In this document: piece after piece, positions 13,014 to 24,573 of the stretch | Position numbering within the stretch: the stretch's first letter is position 1 | How the letters are laid out: each line of letters opens with the position of its first letter | DNA from: Entomortierella parvispora E1425 | Lineage: Eukaryota > Fungi > Mortierellomycota | Direction of reading: 5' to 3' | Assembly: GCA_020891255.1 (NCBI GenBank) | Contig: BQFW01000001.1 | Span: 868,001-932,000, forward strand | DNA: 64,000 nt | The notes under the pieces: generated by a model | What the model was told of the DNA's origin: nothing | Database searches by the model: none | Seen by the model: the letters and a program-made list of their open reading frames with translations, nothing else | Position numbers and translations under genes: made by a program

Positions 13014-14219
13014 ATGCAGCAACCCCCACAGCTCGACGGCGTCAAGCACATCATTCTCGTCATGTCCGGCAAGGGTGGCGTCGGCAAATCCTCTGTCGCA
13101 ACCCAGCTGGCGCTTTCACTCATTGCTCGCAACAAAACCGTTGGCGTTCTCGATATCGATCTTTGTGGACCCTCGATTCCTCGAATGCTCGGTCTTGATG
13201 GCAAAGGCGTTCACCAGTCTTCTGCAGGGTACCTTATCGCCATAGGCGACTGTCAATCTAGCTCAGATCATCAAAGATCTTGTCGTAATTTGATCCTCAC
13301 ATGATAACTAACCTTCTCTTCCCTTTTCCATCTCCAGATGGGTTCCCGTCTATGCTGATGAGAACAAGAAACTGTGCTGCATGTCGATCGGATTCATGCT
13401 CGAAAACAAGGATGACTCGGTCGTCTGGCGTGGACCCAAAAAGACAGGTGAGCAAACCCAAGATTTCTCTTGTTTTCTTCTTTTTTACAAATCTCGGCAT
13501 TCTGAAGCGATGCTGATCTCCTCTTTCACATTCCACTATATAGCGATGATCCGCCAATTCTTGACAGATACCTGCTGGGGCGAACTGGATTATTTGATTG
13601 TCGATACACCCCCCGGCACCTCGGATGAAAACATCTCGATTGTGGAGCATCTTAAGGCATACAACCCAGACGGCGTCGTTCTTGTCACCACACCACAAGC
13701 CGTAGCCTTGGCTGATGTCCGCAAGCAGGTCAGCTTTTGTCGCCAGGTCGGTGTACCAATCCTCGGATTGGTTGAGAACATGAGTGGGTTCATCTGCCCT
13801 CATTGTGCTGTAAGTTTGCGACTTGGATATGGTTCTCAATACAGCTCTGATTATGACCATTAATTTTTTGGCTGCCATTACTAATCTTTGTCACTGCGCT
13901 TTTCTTGATCTTTCTTTTTTTTTTTTTTTTTTTTGTCTGCGTGTTTACGTGGCGTCTTCTGTCTCTTTTCTTGATAACCTTCGCTGTATATATCTGATCT
14001 CTTTTTTTTTCACAGGAATGCAACAACCTGTTCTCTGCTGGTGGTGGTGAGGCCATGTCGGAAGAATTCGCGATCAATTTCTTGGGCAGAGTCCCGATTG
14101 ACCCGACTTTGACCGCGATGGACACAGACCTCGTCAAACAGTTTCCCACTTCGTCCCTTTTCCCAGTATTTGAAAAGATCACGGACAAGGTCGAGGAATA
14201 CGCGACGCGCTCGCAGTGA
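13014..14219 (+). CDS. CFD1: Cytosolic Fe-S cluster assembly P-loop NTPase Cfd1/NUBP2, 4 exons
   Basis: Exons 13014-13228, 13338-13447, 13544-13809 and 14016-14219. Motifs [50 protein letters not shown]. Lacks the N-terminal ferredoxin-like extension of Nbp35. Confidence 0.92.
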
Positions 14220-14347
14220 ACACCTTTGCCAAGCTAAGGCTATAGATATACCGATAGAAAACTCTGACCGAAAAGGACGCACGTTGTTGCAGTTTGTACA
14301 ATAAACTTTTTTTTGTTTTTATCACGACTTTTTCACTGCTGAGATGC

Positions 14348-15763
14348 TTAATTTTCAAGTCTCTGTCTCGAAAGCAAGATGGAAGTATCGGTGGTGGCGC
14401 CATCAATAAAGTCGTTCATAATAACGATGGTTCTCTCCGCCTGAAGACGATCCAGTGCATTCTCACGGATCCAGGGCAAAGTCTGGGTGTCGAACCTGGC
14501 CTTTGTGGAGCTCAAGCAAGAGTTGGCTGCGTGCGCAGAGATAACACTGTGGACAAGAACCTCCTTGATCGACTGAGAGGTACCCTGGCACTGCAAGACG
14601 GTCAAATCGGTGCTCTCCTGACCCTCGGTGTTCATGGACTCGAACTGGTCCAAGATGGGCTTCGCCTCCAATGTGGCGTAGGCCTTGGCTGTCCAACTGT
14701 CGTACTTCTCAGCGTGGGACACACAGATCAGACGCTGTCCAGCACGGCGGAGGGTATCGATCGGCTGCGAAAAGAGCTCACGACCACCCCAGCTCAAGGG
14801 TGCCTTCCTTGCCTGTTCGCAAGCCGCGGTCAACATTGCATTCACCTGATCGTTGGTAGGCTGAATGCAGTCCTTGACAATGTTATCGGAACGGATATGA
14901 ATGACCACAAACTCGGTTGGGTGGTCGTCCAAGAATCGAACCTGCTGAGCCAAAAATTCATCAAAGGCCAAACCAGGGATACAAGCGTGTTGGAAGTAAA
15001 ACTTGTCTGGCATTTGAGAGATCTTGCGGAAGATAGGCAAGAGCTTGGCAGGACGGAACTCAAAGTAACGGGCGCCGAGATCCAGCATGATGGGGATCTC
15101 CTTCTTTTGGGTGATGGCCACACCATAGACGATGTTTGGCAACTTGTGAAGCAACAAGTGGCTGGGCATTTCTTCAAAGAAACGCAGGGCTGGGAAGTGT
15201 TTACGCAACTCGTCGACGGTGTCTTGATCCGCCGCGGAGAGAACGGCATCACAGCTGATCATGCTGTTCATACCATTGTCGTGAGGGGCGGCAAGGACAA
15301 AACGCGAGAAGGGCTTTTGAGCAGCCTGGGAACCAGGTGGGGCGACGGCGCCCATCCAGGACTCATTGGCACGCGAACAGATGGTGACATAGCACTGATG
15401 ATGGTTGGTGAGTCCAAACTCTCCATGTCCAGCAGCATAGAATCCATAAGTGATGATGGCGTTCGGGGTGACAATAGGTGAAAAGTCGACCGTGGCTGTC
15501 ATGGTACCGCCATGAAGCTTTCCTGTAAGGGTATTCACTTCATTGTAGGCCGTAGCAACTTCCTGGCCGTGGTGGAGGACGCGCCATTGAAAGCGACCCG
15601 TGTAGTGACCAAAGCCATCGATATCGGAAGAGTTCATTTCCAAGTGTTTGACCTGGAAGTTGTCCTCAGCCGTGTTGAGGACGGTCGCCGCTGGGACAGT
15701 GAACTCGACCGTGTAGTCGTCCACGGAGATGTAGGAGAAGATGTCGATTCCTTTGCTTGGCAT
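14348..15763 (-). CDS. PI-PLC-like phosphodiesterase (X-domain TIM barrel) with an N-terminal extra domain, single exon
   Basis: 471-aa uninterrupted ORF. X-domain-like motifs WM..., APHDNGMN (first His), MLDLGARYFEFRP, FYFQH (second His), FLDDHPTEFVVIHIR. Confidence 0.78.
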   Translation of the reverse strand: MPSKGIDIFSYISVDDYTVEFTVPAATVLNTAEDNFQVKHLEMNSSDIDGFGHYTGRFQWRVLHHGQEVATAYNEVNTLTGKLHGGTMTATVDFSPIVTPNAIITYGFYAAGHGEFGLTNHHQCYVTICSRANESWMGAVAPPGSQAAQKPFSRFVLAAPHDNGMNSMISCDAVLSAADQDTVDELRKHFPALRFFEEMPSHLLLHKLPNIVYGVAITQKKEIPIMLDLGARYFEFRPAKLLPIFRKISQMPDKFYFQHACIPGLAFDEFLAQQVRFLDDHPTEFVVIHIRSDNIVKDCIQPTNDQVNAMLTAACEQARKAPLSWGGRELFSQPIDTLRRAGQRLICVSHAEKYDSWTAKAYATLEAKPILDQFESMNTEGQESTDLTVLQCQGTSQSIKEVLVHSVISAHAANSCLSSTKARFDTQTLPWIRENALDRLQAERTIVIMNDFIDGATTDTSILLSRQRLEN

Positions 15764-16570
15764 GGTAGAGAAAACTGGGATGGTAGAATGGGCTTCTTGA
15801 TGAAGAGAAAAAGAAGAGGAATGGAAAAAAAGAACAGAAATGAGGGACGATGGGCTAGCCGGTCAGGCGGTTAATCCATCGCTCCATTCCCGCTTCTGTC
15901 ACCACCGACACCCCAATTGCTCTCAAGTTCGTCCCAGCTTAGGCAACTCTGTCCAGACCCCATTGCCAATTGAGGGAGTGGATCATTGTTCCTGTGCCTG
16001 TGCCTGTAGTCTACCAGGGCGGAGAGCAACCCGCGTCACCAACCTTCTTTTTCGACATGATGTATTGATGCATCCTACGCCACACCACAGACACTTGTTG
16101 CCCTTGAGGAAGAAAGTTGGGTGCAGGACCTCCTACCTGCCTCCAATGCTCTCCTTAGCCCGGGACATGTCTCTGTCACACAGCGCCGAAAAGAATAGCC
16201 GCGCACAAATCCCTGCGCCCAATTTCTTTCACCAAACGATCGTCTCTTTGCCCCGTAAGTGAGTAAGTGTTGCCACCAAATTAGCGCCAAGAATCTTGTC
16301 TTGGCTTTCCTCTGGTCTACTTTTGATGCGCAAAAGTACCATCTATCCCTTCTCTCTCGTACGCACACTCTTTTCTCTCTCTTTATTGTTTTTTCTTTCC
16401 TTCCATCTCTGCCTCCATTCTCTGTCTTGACTGCACTCTGCCATCAAATTATCTTGACCGAACAACAGCCCTGTGCCTCGAGCAATTGCTTCTTTTATTT
16501 ACCTCACTTCGTCTTCGGCACAATATTCCTGGCTTGGCATTTTACCCATTGACCCACCTCCAGTTGAATT

Positions 16571-18811
16571 ATGGATTTGATCTCAGCAGCCTCCGCCCCA
16601 AGGCATGGCGGTCCCTTACCAGGAGCAGGATCAGGCGCTGAACTCTCACCGTCCACCGTCTGGTCTGCGGGTATCTTTGCTGTCATTGCCACTGTGGTTT
16701 CTTCTCTAGCCATATGGCTTCAGCTTAAGAATTATCGCAAACCTGTACGTCTATACAACAACGTGGATTTTCAACTGCGCTTCAACTGCGACACAGGCTT
16801 GAACTGACAGTTAACCCCCTTTCATTGGAGTAGATGCTCCAACGATATACCGTTAGGATCTTGTGCATGTAAGTTTGTCCATCCCGTCGTTCAGCAATTG
16901 AATAGAAGATAACTAAACACACTAACGTTGGACCGTCCTTAGGGTACCTGTCTATTCTCTCTCCTCTTGGGTTTCTTTAACATCCCTCAACGCCGCTTTC
17001 TACATTGACGCGTTCCGGGACGTCTACGAGGTATGAAGAAGAATCAATGCGGAATAGAACTTCAAGAGCGCCTGCGATCTAACAATTATTATCAGGCATT
17101 TGTAATATACTGCTTCTTCAGCCTCCTGGTCTACTACCTTGGCGGTGAACGGTCGCTGTTGACCATGCTTCATGGTCGCCCATATACCCAGCACGTCTTT
17201 CCTGTCAATATCTTTTCTGGAGAAGTGGATGTAAGTGTCCTCTTTGTTTACGTCTCCCACACTCAAGTCCGCAGCGTGCCAACCTGAATGAATCGATCTT
17301 CATATGACATTTGTAGGTCGGCGACCCCTACACATTCCTGTTCATCAAACGAGGCATCCTTCAATACGTCTACGTCAAACCTATCACAGCCGCGTTGACG
17401 ATGGTTCTCAAGTCTGCAAACGCTTACCACGAAGGATCCATCTCACTCAAGTCGGGGTACTTTTGGATGATGCTTATTTCCAACTTGAGCGTATTTCTGA
17501 GTCTCTATTGCTTCAGTATGTTCTTTATGGCGACCAAGACCGACCTGGAGGACTTTCGACCCGTGCCAAAGTTCATCTGCATCAAGGCGGTTCTCTTCTT
17601 GACCTTTTGGCAGGGCATCGCCATTGCCATATTAGTGGCTACGGGCTTGTTGCATGACTGTAAGTGAGGCTCTACGATTTGTGGCAAGTGCAATCAAAGA
17701 GGAAGAGGTATGAGGGGACATGTTCGTATTGTTTTTCTAACGCCACCTTTGTAAACAAACTCATAGGCTCGCCAGAGATCGCAGTGGCGTTTCAGGATGC
17801 CTTAATCTGTTTCGAGATGTCCATCGCATCCTTTGGACACCTGTAAGTATTTTTGACCCTCTCAAGGCGTACGTGTAGCTTCTAGTCAAAAAAAAGACCC
17901 CTTGCTCACTTTACCACATCTTTTTTTCGTTCTTTAGATACGCATTTTCATACAAGGACTACATTGATCCAGAAATTCCATCGGCCAGGATGCCAATTTA
18001 TTACGCCCTGCGCGATGCATTCGGGATTCAAGACATTATCGAGGATTCGCGCGAGACGCTTCAGGGGACCCGGTTCACCTACCGGACATTTGAGCCGTCT
18101 GAAGGCGTGGCAACGATTGGGAGAAGTCGATCCGGAAGGATCATGGCAGGTTTGCGCTATAGCGCTGGAGGAACATCAAAGTATTGGCTCCCTCTTCATA
18201 CCAATAGCAAGCCGACAGAGCAGGAATCGCCATTGGAGGAGTACGATATGACCATGACAGATGAAGGACCCATCCGCCATGGAGACAAGAGACGGTCATA
18301 CGGAAGAAGGGCCGGGGATACTGTCAGCTTGAGGTTTTCGGATGTGGATTCAGAAGACGGTGATGGACTGGAGGAGTTGTTTCAGTCGAGCAAAAAGCTA
18401 GAGCATGGGGACTACAATTTCCCAGCCATCGATGTCTACGATCCTAATCTTGATTCACAAGACGAGCCTGGGATGGAGAGGTTGCAAGTCTTTGCTCAGG
18501 AAGGGTCGTCCTCCTCATCGTCTTCTTCTGATCCAAGTAGGAGCTATAATGACTTACTCACACACCACGAACGGGGTGTCAGTGAGTCTGCATCGACTCG
18601 GTCGCTCTACTCTGAAACCTCTTCGTCGGCCCCTTCCACACTGGTATCAGTGGAGTCATCAACAACAGGGCACAGCGTGAAGGTGAGGGATGGGTGTGTA
18701 GAGAATGTGAATGGGTTTGTGCCGCCGCCACCAAAGGCTCCGCGGTGGAAGAGGCAGCTCCGAGGAACACCAAGCCCGGTAGCGAGTTCTGACAAACAAG
18801 TTCTCAAATGA
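16571..18811 (+). CDS. TMEM184: TMEM184 / organic solute transporter alpha family membrane protein, multi-exon
   Basis: Spliced segments give LQLKNYRKP, LQRYTVRIL, YEAFVIYCFFSLLVYYLGGERSLL, FLFIKRGILQYV, PVPKFICIKAVLFLTFWQG, FQDALICFEMSIASFGHLYAFSYKDY, then a long disordered tail (ORF 17990..18811). Not every exon boundary was fixed to the base. Confidence 0.88.
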
Positions 18812-19460
18812 ACGCAATAAAACCACGCGACATGACACAAAACAACAACAAAGCTCTCCTTTTCTCCTTTGACCCGCTGCTACATGCCACCTTTGACGAG
18901 ATTGTCTATTTCTGAATGGCACCTTTTCGACTGGGAACTTTGGTCCGCTGCGTGGGGGAGGACGCCAACCTTCTCTCCTCTCCTCCCAGGATACCGAGGA
19001 TGGGCAGTAACGCCTGTACCTGGAAATTAGTGCCAAAGAAAACGCGATCGAGGGGGCGAAGCATTGAGGCTGGTCCGCCGATCCAGGAACAGAAGGGAAG
19101 AGGCGCAAAGACGCCACGGCAGCCCAAAGATAACAAACAACTGTTACCAAGAGTACTATTGACTCATGACCAATTGAACCGGGGAGGAAGGTACATTGGC
19201 ACTTGGAAAGTAAGGAAGGATCTAGTCTACAAGTATCTCCATCCATCCACGCAACCGAGGCGGTCCCCCTTTTCTGACCTTCTTTTTTCGCTTTTGGGCT
19301 TTGTTCCTTCTCCACGCTTTTTCTTTCTTTCTTTTTCTGTTTCTCCTTCTTCATCGGTTCTCTTCCTCCTTTTCTTGCTTTTCCTTTATACCCATCTCCC
19401 CTCCTTCACTCCGATCCCCCTCTCCTCCTCCTTCTTTTCCTCTCCCCTCCCTTCACCCAG

Positions 19461-21488
19461 ATGTTTGTTCGCATCCAATCGCGTACAAAGGCCCTCTTCG
19501 TGAGCTACGGCAAAGACTGGGGTCTTGTTATCGTGGTCCTCGCTGCATTCACCTACATTGACTCACTCGAGCCGTTCCATCGTCAGTTCTCGGTCAAGGA
19601 TGTTACCATTCAACATCCTTTTGCCAAGAAGGAGACCGTCCCCATCTGGCTTGCATTGGTAAATGACAGATCCCCCTCTTTGTCCAGACATGCCTTCCTC
19701 AGAGTCTTCCTGCAACCACTTTTTTTTCTTGTGCCTCCATGAACAAAAAAAACAACAACAGTGGAGGTCCGCGCTTGCATGGAGTGACTCGAAACCATCC
19801 CCTGACCAATCATTGCATGCTCTCTCGCAAACAGGTTCTTGCATTCATTCTCCCAGGTATTATCGTGGGTTGCATCTCCATTCTTCAGAGGAGATCCTAC
19901 ACAGATTTGCATAATGGACTTTTGGGTCTCTTTCTTGCGCAGGCCCTGGTTCTCATTGTCACGGACAGTATCAAGGTAACACACGCACACACACATACGC
20001 ACGTTGTTGTTATCACAGCCCCAACAGGGAAGGGGGAGAGAGCAGGCGGGAACCTCAGCATACACGCCAGAACGTACACACGACCTGCGGGATGAAAATA
20101 GCGGGAGAAAAATTGTGACCAGACCCTTGGGAGAAATGGGCTGACTCGAATTGTTGGGCGATCACAACGCAGGGAAAGCAGAGGTGACAGCGTTGCGATA
20201 CAAACCCCCTCGGAGACGAACCGCTTCGCCACAGCTACAGCCCAACAAGAGACTTGGATACCTGGGTTAGAACTCTTGGATTCTGGCGTAAGCCTCCAGG
20301 AACAAGGGCTGGAAGGGATCATGGCCGTCACCGATCGGACTTTACCATACCGCCCCTGGGCTGTAGTGGGTGAAGAGGAATGATGACTTTCCCACCCTGT
20401 GCTCATTTTCCCCAAATAAGGCAGGGCAGGAGACCATGGGAGCAATTAAGAATGGGCCAAAAGATCCCCGTCTCTCCCAACTGGACAGATCGGAACAGAT
20501 ATCACCCTGCAGGGATAAGGGATTTTCAGGCACAGGCGCGTCATTTGCCAAGCATCCGTGGGCTGTTCTTTGGCGTTTTCATGATGGATATGGTGCTTTA
20601 GAGTTTTGAACGCCTCTAAAAAGATATTTTTTACGCCACTTTTTGTGGCCGACTTGGCACGTTGCTAACCTTTTCTTCAATTGCTTCTACCTTCAATGAC
20701 ACCAGATTGCAGTGGGACGCCCTCGACCAGACTTCCTCGACAGATGTCTTTCCTTGTACGATAATGACGCGAGCGGGCACGAGGTTCCCCTGCTATCGGA
20801 CCCGATCAACATGCTGTCAAACTCGACCATCTGTACCCGGACAACGCTCTTGAAAGATGGATTTAAATCCTTTCCCTCGGGACACTCTTCCTTCTCGTTC
20901 GGAGGTCTCGGATACCTTTCCATGTACCTCGCAGGAAAGCTTCATCTGTTTGATGAGCGTGGACATATCTACAAGTCGGTTGTGGTCCTTGCCCCATTGA
21001 TTTTGGCCGCATTGATTGCAGCCTCTCGTGTGGCGGATTATCGTCATCATTGGCAGGATGTCTCTGTTGGCTCGATCATTGGCATGATCTTTGCCGTCTT
21101 TGCTTACCGTCAATACTACCCCTCGTTGGCGGCTTCAAACTCTGACTGTCCCTTTGCACCACGTGTAATTGAAAAGTTGTTGCCAACCTCGATGTTGCCT
21201 CACCACCACCATCACCATCAGCCTATCCCTGGAGAGGAAGATAATGTCCACCCAGATGATGAGGTTCATCACGAGTCATTTTTGAGCAACAGCCATCATG
21301 ACGCCAACGGCAATATTAACAACTCTAGCAGCACCAATGTCGGCAGTGCCTTGGGAGGAGCGCGTCCCTTCCTCCGCACTGGAACATCGGACAGCGATAA
21401 TACCCCTGCAACGAGTCTTGTCGACATGAACGGGGCCAATGCAAAGTACAACAGCAACAACAATATATATGACCAGGGACGACGATGA
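19461..21488 (+). CDS. PAP2-family lipid phosphate phosphatase (DPP1/LPP1-like), 3 exons
   Basis: Exons 19461-19659, 19835-19975 and 20706-21488. All three PAP2 motifs are present: K-IAVGRP-RP, SFPSGH and SRVADYRHHWQDV. Confidence 0.92.
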
Positions 21489-21891
21489 TAAAAACTACAG
21501 TAACCCATAATTTTGCTATTTCAATAATAAATCAGCAAACACCATTTCACATGCAGATCCAATTGAAGACCAATTATTGTTACTATTGCTCACAGGGATG
21601 AAGGCAGGCTGAAGACTGGACAGGTTGAAACGCAGGTCGAAGACAGTCCCCCTTTGTTTTCCATTCAACCCTGTCTTATTGAACCCCATTTTCAAATAAA
21701 CTTATACAACGATTGACTCTTGAACATTGTCGTCAGCATTTTTTTTTTTTTAATCCTAGGATTAACTGGGGCAAGGTGAAGGGTCGTAGAAGGGGAGGCG
21801 AGGGTAACAAACTATTTTACAGGGTATATGTACAAGGGTAACTTGTTGTGCACTGCACTTTCGTTTTTTTCTTTTTTTCTTGTTCTTGTTG

Positions 21892-24573
21892 TTACGCCGT
21901 GGGAAGTGGGGTAGAGACAACAGACGAAGACGATTCCGTTCCATTCAAAGCTAGAGTCTTGTTGGCGGAGAGGTCTTCAGGCTCCAAGATGCCTCTGGCC
22001 CTGTTCTTGACAATAAGCAGACTGCGCTGCTCAAGCATACGCTCAAACACCTCGCGGACAGTCTCGGTGATGGGCACGAAGGGGACTTCCTCCTGCTGCT
22101 GCTCCTCCTCTCCAGCCAGCTCAGACTCACCGTCCTCCTCCAAATCCTCATTCGTTTTATCAGACTGCTCAGAGGTTTCGGTGGCCTTGACATCCTCGGG
22201 GTCATGGAGTTGATCGCCTTCATCGTCTTCGTCCTGCTGGGAAAGGTCAGAAGATTCCAGACTAGCTTCGCTAGATCCCAACAGGAGGGCTGCACCTTCG
22301 TTCAAGTCCTCGTCCAAATCCTCGTCACTCAACTCTGCATCCTCCTTCAAGAGCTGCTCTTCAATGAGAGCCTCCGACTCAGAGACCTCTTCATCTAAGA
22401 CAGAGATGTTGGCCGCCAGGGCTTCTTCCTCTTCCTCTTCTCTTTGTACCTGCTCATCCTCGTCGGATTCCATTTCATTGATTTCGTTCAACTCGGTATC
22501 GGCATCGGCATCGGCATCGGGATCAGCATCGACATCGGTATCAGCGTCGACATCGGCATCGGGATCGGGATCGGTATCAGCGTCGACATCGGCATCGGGA
22601 TCGGTATCAGCGTCGACATCGGCATCGGCATCTGTATCATCGACGACTGAACGTGAATTTGGACCCTCTTCGTCCTGCTCGCCATCATTTTCATACTCGC
22701 CATCGCTGTTATCTTCCTCATTGGTAGAGGATGAATCTGACACGCCACGACGGCGCAAAATCCCAGATGTGTCGTCATTCTCCTTGCCCGGGGTATTTGT
22801 CACACTCTCATCGTCCTGCGATTCAGATGCAACATTGTCGTCGCCGTTCTCACCCTCGACCGGCAAAGGGGTCTCAACGACAGGAGAAGGTGGTGGCTGG
22901 GTAGGTCTGTAGGACGAAGTCTCGTTGACAATCTTGTCGGCCTGCTCTGGATCCAAGACCATAACAATCTTTTTATAGGTCTGGAATCGCTTGCGTCCAC
23001 CCATGAAATCACGACCAATAACACTGCGATAAATTGCAGCAATGGCCTCTGAAGGATTCTGGCCCCTGTCCGTGCCGTGAGGAGGAAGAATCAGAGCATC
23101 GTGGCCCTGACTGACACCGACCTTCATGGCTGCCAAAATATTGCGTCGGAGCTTGTCGTCTTCACCTTCCATGAATTGAACACCAAGACCGCCTTCTTTC
23201 TCTCTTGTCTCCAGTTTTGGAATAGGCGGTACAGACTATATCATAAAATTGCGGCCAGGCAATGTGGTCAGAAAAAAATGCCCGGCCAAACTCGTATGCA
23301 ACTTGAAAAAACAAAAAGAAAAACTTACCACGACACTAATCCATTCGAATCGGTCCATAAACTCATTCTCGCGATCCAAGCCATGACGGAAAACCGCCTG
23401 GTTGGGACAATAGACGCCTCCAAACTCTGACAAGGGGTAGAATCGTGACCGCCTCGGCTCCTGATCCAAACACTGGTGCAATGTAGTCCTTCGAAACAAA
23501 TCTGCCTCCACATCGACAGCGGAATCCAAGTGATAGTCACCCCCGGGTACTTCTGGATTAGCAACGCTCAACATGACTGGTCTGTAGCCTTCTTCGCGCA
23601 GACGAACAGTCTCGTCCAAGACATTGCCGACCACAACAGTTACTTCAGGGTCCCATTGCATATCCAACACCAACACATGGATGTCGTCGTTCTGATACGC
23701 GTTTGCTCGCCGAGAACCGGCCATGACTTTGATAGGATCCAGCTCGACCACATAACCATTGGGATCAGTGTATCGTTTTTGTGCCAGGGCGTTCAACGTC
23801 CCAGCAAAGACAGAGCGTGCATCCAAATCGCGTCTGTTTGGGTGAAACTGCTGAAACCGCGTCAACGCCGCGTCCGGAGAGGACCCTGACAATGAGGAGG
23901 AATGCTCCAGCTGCTTCCGTGCATAGCCACTGTGTTCCTTTTGCTGTTGCCGTTGTTGCCGTGCACGCCAGGCGACACATTCCTGTGAGGAGTATGAAAA
24001 AGTAGATTGAAGCTGCTGCTGTTGCAATGAAGCTCTGTGAGCTGACATGAGCCTCTTTTGGTACCGGAGTTTGCGGGCCAGATGGCGCTCAAGGGCGGAT
24101 GGGGATTCATTCAGGACCGTAGCATCGACTGGATGTCTCGCCAGCTGATGCTGAATCTCAAGCGCGAGCTCTTTCTCAAAGTCTTGTTGTTGCAGCGACA
24201 GCTCATCGCGTGGAGTAGAAGGGTCGGAAAGGCTCAGCCAAGAGGAAGCAGACGAGGAATAGAGGGGGTCTGTACAACTGATCTCCATAAGCTGTGAATC
24301 ATTTTCGTCCAGGTCCTGAAGGATCTGTGCGTTTCTGTTGCGGAGGTGCTGTTCCTCCTGGAGAAAATGGTGTCCTGCAGGTGCCGCAACGGCGGCAGCC
24401 ACTTTGGTGCGTCGACGATTGCTGCTGTTACTGCTCGTGTTGGTGCCGAGCCCGCGGCGACGAGTGCTGGGAGGCGAGTTGGTGGAGGCTATCCTGGAGA
24501 GGGTGAGGAGGGTTACCAGGAAGAGGAAGAGGAGCAAGATGTGCGACCAACGGAAGGGTATGACTGCCACCAT
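21892..24573 (-). CDS. Microbial-type PARG (TIGR02452/DUF2263-like) domain protein with N-terminal hydrophobic anchor and long acidic C-terminal tail; catalytic motifs degenerate
   Basis: Exon 1 24573-23329, intron 23328-23236, exon 2 23235-21892. Contains PVMLSVANPEVPGGDY...EADLFRRTTL, FYPLSEFGGVYCPNQAVFR, ISVV|SVPP, and LRRNILAAMKVGVSQGHDALILPPHG, matching the layout of this family. Confidence 0.78.
22494..22643. repeat. Coding hexamer minisatellite encoding (D-x)n, with a higher-order ~30-bp DADVDADTDP unit
   Basis: Tandem ATCGGC/ATCGGG/ATCAGC/GTCGAC hexamers. Translated on the minus strand as DDTDADADVDADTDPDADVDADTDPDPDADVDADTDVDADPDADADADTE. Confidence 0.9.

Noticed and set aside
14294-15481. 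395-aa plus-strand ORF
   Set aside because: Lies fully antisense to the PLC-like gene, has no motifs, and is the expected shadow of biased codon usage on the other strand.
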